From the IMG/VR virus record IMGVR_UViG_2037747001_000002, positions 1-27,481 of that record: a DNA stretch of 27,481 nt. The stretch is one strand, 5' to 3'. A program made the position numbers and the translations under genes. This document shows, in pieces, positions 15,489-23,471 of the stretch. The stretch's first letter is position 1. Each line of letters begins with the position of its first letter. This DNA comes from a virus. The notes beneath the pieces were generated by a model. The model worked only from the letters and a program-made list of their open reading frames with translations. It had not been told where the DNA came from and made no database searches.

Positions 15489-15502
15489 GGAGGTAATAAG
15501 AA

Positions 15503-16006
15503 ATGTTAGGTATAATTAACGCAATTAAAGAACAAACTCAGCAGATGAAAGCAAACAGTCTTTCAGTATCCACCCTTGGAATAGTGGATATTGTAGTATC
15601 AAACATCACAGCAACAGCAAGCACAGACCTAAAACTCATAGGAGTGACTGGTAAAGACATCATCGCAAAGCTCACAGATGCTGCAGGTGCAAGGAAGTTT
15701 CTCATAAAAGACAGTGGGGATGTCACAGTTGCAAGTATAGATAGTGATGGAGTAATCACAGGATCTAAAATAGTTGGTCCTGTACCTTATGCACATGCAA
15801 CTACAGGAGCTGCACCAACCAGTGCACAACTAGTAAGTGCATTTGGAGCAGCTGCAACAGTAGGTGCAGGGTTCCGTGGAGTATTTAAGGATGACACAGC
15901 AAGTACAGGTAAAACTTATCTTGTTATCTGTGATGGTGCAGCATATCACACCATACAAGCAACAGCCGCAGAAGCAACAGCCGCAGAAGCAACAGCCGCA
16001 GATTAA
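15503..16006 (+). CDS. Probable head decoration/fibre protein
   Basis: Ala/Gly/Thr-rich beta-type sequence directly after the capsid gene; RBS GGAGGT. Confidence 0.6.
   Translation: MLGIINAIKEQTQQMKANSLSVSTLGIVDIVVSNITATASTDLKLIGVTGKDIIAKLTDAAGARKFLIKDSGDVTVASIDSDGVITGSKIVGPVPYAHATTGAAPTSAQLVSAFGAAATVGAGFRGVFKDDTASTGKTYLVICDGAAYHTIQATAAEATAAEATAAD
15959..16002 (+). repeat. 15-bp tandem repeat x3 (GCAACAGCCGCAGAA) encoding ATAAE-ATAAE-ATAAD
   Basis: Exact copies at 15959 and 15974, and 14/15 at 15989. Confidence 0.9.
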
Positions 16007-16041
16007 ACACTTTTTTTATATTATTTTTTGGAGGGGTATTT

Positions 16042-16449
16042 TTGGCATATTGCACCGCTGAGGAAGTAATAGGATTAACCGGTGTTAACCCTAAGAAGCT
16101 AAAACTGGATGGAGATGACAATGAAGGTCTTAACACTTTACTCACTAAATGGATTTACCAAGCTGAAAGTCTAATTGACAGCTATTGTCATACTTCATGG
16201 ACAGATGATGTCCCTGGAGCTGTGAGTAATGTTTGTTTAAGATTGGTGGCTAATATGGTTGCCCTGGCCGTGGCAAGACGTGAAACCGCCCTGGTAAAAG
16301 TCAATGATTGGACTATCAAAATCAGTGATGATAATGTATTCAATGATTCACTTAAAGCAGATTTAAATCCTTTTGTTGTTGACAAATCCACCAAATCAGA
16401 TAATGTTGATTTTTCAGCAGTTACCGGAGCTGACTTATACAATGTCTAA
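16042..16449 (+). CDS. Head-tail adaptor (gp6/gp15-like)
   Basis: MAYCTAEEV...IYQAESLIDSYC...VPGAVSNVCLRLV pattern and position. Confidence 0.8.
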   Translation: MAYCTAEEVIGLTGVNPKKLKLDGDDNEGLNTLLTKWIYQAESLIDSYCHTSWTDDVPGAVSNVCLRLVANMVALAVARRETALVKVNDWTIKISDDNVFNDSLKADLNPFVVDKSTKSDNVDFSAVTGADLYNV

Positions 16450-16882
16450 TTTGGGAGTGACAGTTAAACTGGATAAAAGTCCTGCGAAGGACATGGAACA
16501 GATCATTAGACGAACCATGGGATTAACCCAACTGGAACTACTTGGAAACCTCAAAAAAAACAGTCCAGTTGATCATGGAAAGCTGCAAGGGTCATGGTTT
16601 CCTGTTTCCAGTAATCAAACATTTACAAGGGGAATAAGGAGTAGTTCCCGCTATGTAAACTGGGTTAATGATGGTACTGGAATATATGGGCCACGTGGCC
16701 AGTTAATACGGCCGAAAACTGCTCGACTACTTGGACCTTTCAAATACAAGGGTAGAATGATTGCAGTACCATGGATTCGTGGTATAAAACCCCGGAAATT
16801 CGTTGAAAAAAGCATAAGACAAACAAAGAGAAGAGTGCCGGAATTCACAATACGAGCTGTGATGGAAACACAGGGAGGATGA
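16442..16882 (+). CDS. HK97 gp10-like tail completion protein
   Basis: SPVDHGKLQGSW...YVNWVNDGTG...GIKPRKFVEKS. Confidence 0.8.
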   Translation: MSNLGVTVKLDKSPAKDMEQIIRRTMGLTQLELLGNLKKNSPVDHGKLQGSWFPVSSNQTFTRGIRSSSRYVNWVNDGTGIYGPRGQLIRPKTARLLGPFKYKGRMIAVPWIRGIKPRKFVEKSIRQTKRRVPEFTIRAVMETQGG

Positions 16883-16888
16883 ACAATA

Positions 16889-17395
16889 ATGGCCCAAGGA
16901 ATAGTCAAAGGATTAGATGCTGTTTCAAGAACCGTTCCCAACTACATAAAATATGAAATTAAACCTGGAGGAATATTAGAAGATGTTAAACACATTATCG
17001 TAGGACCTAAGAGTGATGTTGGTGTTGACACTCCCCTTGTTTGGATTGTTGAGCACCCTACAATACCACAACCAGGTTCAAAAGCAAATTTAAGTAGAAC
17101 AAATTATCTACAAACCTCTTTTGAGTTTGTTTGTGTTGAATATGATAAGGATCCAGAGATCGCAACAGAAAAAGCTAAAAACCTTGCAACCCGTGTGGGT
17201 GCATGTATAATAACTCATTTTAACATTTTAAAGGAAAACCCAAACGATCCTAACCGTATCTTTCAATTCGTGAACTTCAACGAATTGATTCCTGACGGAG
17301 AGGTAAACGTAGAGGGAAATAACGAATCAGTTCCAGTTGCATCAATAATTTTTGACTTTATTTATCCAATAAGTTGGCTGGAATGCAAAAAATAG
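16889..17395 (+). CDS. Probable tail terminator protein
   Basis: Position before the tail tube; size and beta/alpha pattern. Confidence 0.6.
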   Translation: MAQGIVKGLDAVSRTVPNYIKYEIKPGGILEDVKHIIVGPKSDVGVDTPLVWIVEHPTIPQPGSKANLSRTNYLQTSFEFVCVEYDKDPEIATEKAKNLATRVGACIITHFNILKENPNDPNRIFQFVNFNELIPDGEVNVEGNNESVPVASIIFDFIYPISWLECKK

Positions 17396-17407
17396 GAGGT
17401 AAAACTC

Positions 17408-18697
17408 ATGGCAAATCGAGTATTAGGATTAAAAGAAGAAACCACATACGGTGTAGCCTCGGACACCGTACCAGATTGGCATCAAGAAGTAAGCAAAGCC
17501 AAAGCCACACCAAACACTAAACCAATGATTTACTCCGGAGGTTCAAGAAGTGTTAAAAAGGCAAAAGCAGGAGTAATGAAACCTGAAGCCAGTTATGATA
17601 TGAAATGTGACCTCAAGAGGATAGGACATTATATGAAAGCATTTCTAGGAAACTATGTCTTCACAGCAGGCGGAAACAACACAAACATACACGAATTCTG
17701 GGGAGGTGAAAACACCGAACTACCGAGTTTCACAGGATGGAGTACCTTTGACATAGTGATGAAAAAACTTGTTGGAATGCTCTGCGATAGTCTAAAACTC
17801 GAAGTTGGCGACGAGTTCATGGATGGATCTGTCGAGTGGAAATACCAGAATGAAACAAGAATCCTAGAAGTTCCGGAACCTGCAGATCAAAAAATGATCC
17901 CTGATGACACACTCATAGCATTCTATGACATAGCCATACTCTTAGATAGTGCAGCACCTCCAGGAATTGTGAGTAAATTCAGTTTTGAAGGCAAAAACAA
18001 CTTAAATGTTGATAAAACAATCGGATTGGGTAGTCGTAAGCCTCAAAAAAAGGCAAAAGGACAGAAAAGAGAGGTCACACTTAGTATTGAATCAACACTT
18101 GTCCAGGAAACTCTTGATCTGATTGCAAAGGCTGAATATGGGGAGGTTGCAGATTCTCCAAGTGACTGTAAACTCTATAAATTACCATTAAAAATTACAA
18201 TACACTTTTGTGAGGATGGAACTGACACTATGGAAATATTATTCCCCGAATGTATTTTCAGCGTGGACTATGAGGCTAGTGATGCGGATGAAATAGATGT
18301 GAAATTTGAACTTCAAACCATGGCAACAAAGAAAGTCACACTTGCAGATGGCACTACAGAAGTTGTCACAGATATGTATGTAAAACTTCAGAATAACCAG
18401 CCTAAAATCCAACCAGGAGTGCCAGGAACTGCTACGGTAAACTTCACAGTACAGAGTGATGATACAACACCAGTTCCACTTGCAGGGGCAACAGTCACAA
18501 TTACTAACAGAATTACAGATGCAGAATTAAGTAGTTCAGCAACAAGTGCATCTGGAGCTTGTTCTATTGCAACAGTACCACTCGGAAGTTATAATGTTGA
18601 AGTCAAGAGTTCTGAAAATGCGGTGTTAAATATAACACCTTTAATTGTGTCTGTGAATGAAACACCTGAAACATTTGTAATAACAGTAAAAGACTGA
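17408..18697 (+). CDS. Major tail tube protein with C-terminal Ig-like domain
   Basis: GLKEETTYG start typical of tail tube proteins; C-terminal VNFTV...PLAGATVTI...GSYNVEV Ig/CarboxypepD-reg-like pattern. Confidence 0.85.
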   Translation: MANRVLGLKEETTYGVASDTVPDWHQEVSKAKATPNTKPMIYSGGSRSVKKAKAGVMKPEASYDMKCDLKRIGHYMKAFLGNYVFTAGGNNTNIHEFWGGENTELPSFTGWSTFDIVMKKLVGMLCDSLKLEVGDEFMDGSVEWKYQNETRILEVPEPADQKMIPDDTLIAFYDIAILLDSAAPPGIVSKFSFEGKNNLNVDKTIGLGSRKPQKKAKGQKREVTLSIESTLVQETLDLIAKAEYGEVADSPSDCKLYKLPLKITIHFCEDGTDTMEILFPECIFSVDYEASDADEIDVKFELQTMATKKVTLADGTTEVVTDMYVKLQNNQPKIQPGVPGTATVNFTVQSDDTTPVPLAGATVTITNRITDAELSSSATSASGACSIATVPLGSYNVEVKSSENAVLNITPLIVSVNETPETFVITVKD

Positions 18698-18714
18698 ATA
18701 AATGAGGAGATAAC

Positions 18715-19179
18715 ATGGTTTTAAGTAAAGAAGACATACTACGTGGAGTAAATGACCCTGAACTGGTAAAAATAGAAGCTTTAAGTGGAGAAATTCCCCT
18801 CCGTCCACTTTCTAAGAATGAATGGCATAAAATTGAGAAGATCGAAGCTAAAGCCTATGGTAAATTTGAGGCTAATGAGGAAGCAATACGAGCAGCACAG
18901 AAGGGTAAAAGACAGCAGAAAGGCAAATCAAAGATGAACACAAAGGGCATAATTGACCTTGAAAAACAGACAAAAGCAGAATTTGAAGGAAAAACACAAG
19001 CACTATACTTTTCAATGAACAACAATCACCAAGAAGCCAGCGAATGGACAAAAGAAGAAATACAACAACTTAAATCAGATGCTTTTGATGAAATATTCAC
19101 AGCTGTTCAAAAACTCTCAGGTGTTGACATAGAAGATGATGATCTGAAAAAAGAATTGGATTCCTTTCCTGAAGACTGA
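18715..19179 (+). CDS. Tail assembly chaperone (gpG-like)
   Basis: Between tail tube and tape measure; IPLRPLS motif; acidic C-terminus. Confidence 0.8.
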   Translation: MVLSKEDILRGVNDPELVKIEALSGEIPLRPLSKNEWHKIEKIEAKAYGKFEANEEAIRAAQKGKRQQKGKSKMNTKGIIDLEKQTKAEFEGKTQALYFSMNNNHQEASEWTKEEIQQLKSDAFDEIFTAVQKLSGVDIEDDDLKKELDSFPED

Positions 19180-19318
19180 TGAAGCTGCTGAAATAATATG
19201 GCTTGATTACTGTGGGTACCATTTAACATTACGCCAAAATGATTTAACCCCTATTCAAGCCTATTTCATCTCAAAGGGCCGAATGGATCTACATAACGAG
19301 ATGAATAAAACTGAATAA
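19166..19318 (+). CDS. Chaperone extension (gpGT-like) reached by a probable +1 frameshift
   Basis: +1 frame open from 19148 to TAA 19318 with no RBS/start of its own; TCC TTT C at 19162-19168. Confidence 0.65.
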   Translation, partial: FLKTDEAAEIIWLDYCGYHLTLRQNDLTPIQAYFISKGRMDLHNEMNKTE

Positions 19319-19368
19319 CATACTAATTCTTTTTTTTATATTTTTAAATTTCATGGAGGTATAATAAA

Positions 19369-22300
19369 ATGTCAGCACTCATGGAAATTATCATCAAAGC
19401 CATTGACAAATCTTCAGACGTTGCCAAAAAGGTTGAAAATAACCTCAAGGGTATGGGAGACAAGGCATCAAAAGCACTTGATAAAGCCTCACAATCAGGA
19501 GATAGATTCACAGGAGCAGTGGTAAAAGTAGGTCAAAGCGGAATATCTGCATATGCTCAATTATCTCAAAAACAGCAGAAGTATATCAACGGACTGAACA
19601 AAACACAGGGAATGCTCGACAGAATGGGGTTATCAGGTACTAAAATGGGTAATGCCGTCTTAAGAGGATATGATCTCATATTCAATGGAGCAAACAGAGT
19701 TAGATCAAGTGTGGAAAGTCTAAAACAGAAGATTGAAAGCACAACCGTCGGTAGTAAACTGATAACGGGGTTTAACTCCGTAAGTACCACTGTGTCCAAT
19801 GTAGGTTCAAAGATAAAAACAGCCATTGGTACAGGGTTGGATTCAGCTAAAACCAAAGTTCAAAACCTCAACAATAGCATGGGCGAACTCGGAACCGCTG
19901 TGACAAGTGCCTTTGGTGCCCTGGGAATGGGAAGCATCTATGATGCCACCATTGGCTTGGGTATGGTCCGTGAACAAATGACCACACTCATGAGTGCCAC
20001 GATGGGATCCGGTGCAGCTGCAAAAAGCTTTGTCAGCTACTTGGATCAGATGACAAACAATTCCCTTGTCAGCCTCAACGACCTGGGAAATGCAATGTCA
20101 AAGATAAAAATGAGCACAGGATTGACAAATGACCAGTTAAAACTCATAGCTCCAACCGTGAATGATATAGGTCAACGTGCCCTTTTAATGGGTAAAAGCA
20201 CTGGTGAAGCTCAAGATCTCATGGTTGCATCATTCAGAGGATTGAACGGCGAATTTGACATGCTGAAAACCAATTTCGGTATAACAAAACAAAGCCTTGT
20301 TGATGCAGGATGGAGTGGAGCCGCAACAGATGTTGAAGGATACAACGCCGCATTACAGAAAGTTCTTGCCAAGGGAGGATCAATGGATGGAATGTTACAA
20401 TCCACAACAGGACAGATCCAACTCGTCAAAAAAGGATTCAGCACAGCTGGTAGACAGATAGGTGAGGCTTTTTTACCTGCCATTAAGGTGATTTTAAGTT
20501 TCATGGTATCTCTTAAACAGACTAATCCTCTTGTTTTTAAATTAATGATTGTTGGAGCAGCTTTAATTTCAGCATTTGCCTTGTTATTACCTGTGATGGC
20601 TTCAATAATTGGTAGTTTCAAGTCATTCCTCATCTTCCTGGGCCTTGTTGAAGGAGGGGAAAATGCAACAACACTCGCAACAATACGAGATACTATTGCT
20701 AAAAAGGCAAGTGCGGTAGCATCTAAGGCGGCAGCAGTAGCAAACGGGGTTTTAACAGCTGCAAATACGGCTTATACTTTTGCTACAAGTGGTAGTGTTG
20801 GGGCCACGGTTGCTAGTACTGCTTCTAGGATAGCTCATGGAGTTGCTTCGGGTGCTGCTGCTGTAGCAACTGGGGTTTTAACAGCTGCACAATGGCTTTT
20901 AAATGCTGCTTTGAATGCAAATCCTATTGGAATTGTTATAATTGCTATTGTGGCTTTAGTTGCTATTCTTGCAGTGTTGTATAATAAGAATGAAACTGTA
21001 CGTAATGCGATTAATGCCCTTTGGAATGGTTTAAAAGTTCTTGGTGGTTATATTGTAAGTGGTTTGATGGCTGCGTGGAATGCTGTTGGTGGTGCTCTTT
21101 CCTGGATATGGGGAATACTTGTAAAAGTTGGTTCTTTTATTGCAGGAACATTTATAGCAGCATGGGTAAGTATAAGAGATGCATTGTCCCCTATTACATC
21201 AGCCCTTGGTAATTTATGGACTGCACTTAATATGGTGTGGAGTGCGTTTTCTGGTGGTCAAGCTGCACAGGCAAATAGTACATTTAACCAAATTGGAAAT
21301 GTTATTAATGTGTTATGGGCTGTGATTTCATCTGCATTACTCCCGGTCTTCCAAACCCTTTATGGTGTATTGGTTCAAGTTGCTACATTCATTGGGGGCT
21401 TTTTCAGTGCTGTTTGGACCACACTTAGTGGTTCAATCATGGCAGTAATTAACTATATTTCCCTGTTCATCAACAGCCTTGCACAGCTCCTTTCAGGTCA
21501 GATTACATTCAGCCAATTCGCAACTCAGATCTGGAATGGCTTTAAAACCATGCTGTTAAGTATTTTAATGTCTGTTATCTTAGGGGTGGGTTCTTGGGCT
21601 GCACAGTTACTCACAAAAGGTAAGAATGCAGCGGTTGGGTTTGTAACTGGAATCATATCATACATCGCAAGTTTACCCGGTCGTGTTTGGGCTTATCTCA
21701 TGTACACATTACAGAGGATTCAGAACTTCGCTAACAGTGCACGTGAAAGAGCAAGATCCGCTGCAAGTCAGATGGTAAGTGCATTTGCAAGTTACCTCTC
21801 AAGCCTTCCAGGTAAGATGTATACGTGGGGTAAGAATGCTATTAACAGTTTCATAAATGCAGTGATAAACAGTATTCCTGGTTTGCGTAGTGCTTTAAAC
21901 ATGGTCAGTTCTTTATTCCCTCACAGCCCTCCAAAGGAAGGGCCTTTATCTACCATCAAGCCTGAAAATATTTACAGTTGGGGTTCAACATTAGGGGATG
22001 CACTCACAAGTGGGGTGAATGACAGTACAGGTAGTTTATTCAGCGGCATTAAAACAGCTATAGATACAAAAGTTGATGTAACAACTAAAATGCCAGATGT
22101 ATCTGAAAACATGGGAAACACTCAGGTTTTAACAGAACAGACCACAAAAGCAATTGATGCAGCTAATATGACAAAGAATGGAGTAACAACTGCTTATAAT
22201 TCCATGGGAACCACCGTAACCAGTAGTTTAACCAGTATGGTGAATAATGATAAATCCGCATGGCTTAAAATCAAAGGAAACACGGATAGTCAGTTAAACA

Positions 22301-23301
22301 GCATAAAGAACAGTACCAAACAAGTAACAGGGCAGATGATTTCTGCATGGGATACTATGAAAAATGGTATTGTGAACAGTGCTGAAAAAATCAGATCCCA
22401 AAGCTCCGGAAAAATCAGTAATTTAAGTGTCAATATCAGGACATTTTATGACCGTTTAACCCATCCCACCAAATGGTTTGCAGGACCTGGACCTACACAT
22501 AGAAGGGTTATGTTTTCAACTAATTTTGCAGGTCCTGCAAGATCCTCTAAAGAGTTGCTTGACAGTTTCCTGATTAATGAATCACCATGTACTAACTGTT
22601 ATGCTGGAGGATGGAGCTCCAGCACACCTAATAACAATAAAATACGTGATGAACTCTACAACTACAATGTTACCATGCCAGACCTTAATGGCTTGAAAGT
22701 GGGGGATTTCAGCAACACCACAAACCCTCTCTTGGGAAACATGAGATTATTCGAGGCTGTGGCAGAAAAACTAATTGCACCAACCAGCTACGACTTCTAT
22801 TACAATGGACGCTATGGAAACCTTGAAGCCTTACAACGTGGTCGGTTCAATTGTTGGGATGGAGCCGAGATCATGGTGGGACTTGCAAATGCTATGGGAA
22901 TACCAGCCCATATGATTCATGGCCGTTGGGGAAATATTGGGCACATGGCAGCAATGGTTGGGGGTAAGATATTTGATACTACTCAACGCCAGAATCGTGG
23001 GGTATGGAGAGGCTCACCAGGTGTTAGTTTTGCCGGTCCTGGACCTGTTGGCTATACTCGAGATGAAAACAGTGAAAATAAGGATTCTGTGGTTATAAGT
23101 GGTGAATTCACGATTGTCCATGATTTAAAGAATATACCTTCTGGTTTAGATGAATCATTAATTGCTGAACTTATAAATAACGCAGCAGATGATGAAAATT
23201 TCTTTAAAAAATTATTAAACAATCGTAATTTCCTTAATGCTTTGGTTAAAAACCTTAAAATAAGGGATAATCGAATTAATCGTGGAGGAGCAATAGCATG
23301 A
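19369..23301 (+). CDS. Tape measure protein with C-terminal transglutaminase-like (Cys-His-Asp) domain
   Basis: 1310 aa, Ala/Gly-rich helical sequence with periodic Trp/Phe repeats; NCWD...GH...D near the C-terminus. Confidence 0.9.
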   Translation: MSALMEIIIKAIDKSSDVAKKVENNLKGMGDKASKALDKASQSGDRFTGAVVKVGQSGISAYAQLSQKQQKYINGLNKTQGMLDRMGLSGTKMGNAVLRGYDLIFNGANRVRSSVESLKQKIESTTVGSKLITGFNSVSTTVSNVGSKIKTAIGTGLDSAKTKVQNLNNSMGELGTAVTSAFGALGMGSIYDATIGLGMVREQMTTLMSATMGSGAAAKSFVSYLDQMTNNSLVSLNDLGNAMSKIKMSTGLTNDQLKLIAPTVNDIGQRALLMGKSTGEAQDLMVASFRGLNGEFDMLKTNFGITKQSLVDAGWSGAATDVEGYNAALQKVLAKGGSMDGMLQSTTGQIQLVKKGFSTAGRQIGEAFLPAIKVILSFMVSLKQTNPLVFKLMIVGAALISAFALLLPVMASIIGSFKSFLIFLGLVEGGENATTLATIRDTIAKKASAVASKAAAVANGVLTAANTAYTFATSGSVGATVASTASRIAHGVASGAAAVATGVLTAAQWLLNAALNANPIGIVIIAIVALVAILAVLYNKNETVRNAINALWNGLKVLGGYIVSGLMAAWNAVGGALSWIWGILVKVGSFIAGTFIAAWVSIRDALSPITSALGNLWTALNMVWSAFSGGQAAQANSTFNQIGNVINVLWAVISSALLPVFQTLYGVLVQVATFIGGFFSAVWTTLSGSIMAVINYISLFINSLAQLLSGQITFSQFATQIWNGFKTMLLSILMSVILGVGSWAAQLLTKGKNAAVGFVTGIISYIASLPGRVWAYLMYTLQRIQNFANSARERARSAASQMVSAFASYLSSLPGKMYTWGKNAINSFINAVINSIPGLRSALNMVSSLFPHSPPKEGPLSTIKPENIYSWGSTLGDALTSGVNDSTGSLFSGIKTAIDTKVDVTTKMPDVSENMGNTQVLTEQTTKAIDAANMTKNGVTTAYNSMGTTVTSSLTSMVNNDKSAWLKIKGNTDSQLNSIKNSTKQVTGQMISAWDTMKNGIVNSAEKIRSQSSGKISNLSVNIRTFYDRLTHPTKWFAGPGPTHRRVMFSTNFAGPARSSKELLDSFLINESPCTNCYAGGWSSSTPNNNKIRDELYNYNVTMPDLNGLKVGDFSNTTNPLLGNMRLFEAVAEKLIAPTSYDFYYNGRYGNLEALQRGRFNCWDGAEIMVGLANAMGIPAHMIHGRWGNIGHMAAMVGGKIFDTTQRQNRGVWRGSPGVSFAGPGPVGYTRDENSENKDSVVISGEFTIVHDLKNIPSGLDESLIAELINNAADDENFFKKLLNNRNFLNALVKNLKIRDNRINRGGAIA

Positions 23302-23471
23302 GTGAATTTAAAATAAATCCTGGTAAAGCAACAGTTAAAGGAAACTTATTCAAAGGTGACCTCATCAATGATTCAACTATTACAAAGAATAATGCAAATG
23401 TGACTAAAGACAGGACACTCACTGTTGATGATAAAACTATTAAAACATTCTTAATTACTTACACTGCGTGA
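23298..23471 (+). CDS. 57-aa small tail-region protein
   Basis: ATGA overlap with the tape-measure stop, GGAGGAG RBS, TGATG overlap with the next gene. Confidence 0.7.
   Translation: MSEFKINPGKATVKGNLFKGDLINDSTITKNNANVTKDRTLTVDDKTIKTFLITYTA

Noticed and set aside
15959-16002. CRISPR mini-array or DGR repeat
   Set aside because: The units are contiguous with no spacers and in-frame coding. No reverse transcriptase or template/variable repeat pair was seen in the window.
19146-19172. Canonical -1 frameshift at GAAAAAAG in the chaperone
   Set aside because: The heptamer is not in the X XXY YYZ phase, and the -1 frame ends at TGA 19170.
127-21212. Numerous opposite-strand or out-of-frame ORFs in the track (e.g. 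127-345, 674-886, 3430-3711, 4328-4639, 9691-10104, 14033-14392, 20211-20633)
   Set aside because: They overlap well-supported genes, lack RBSs and read as Ser/Phe/Leu-rich shadow frames.
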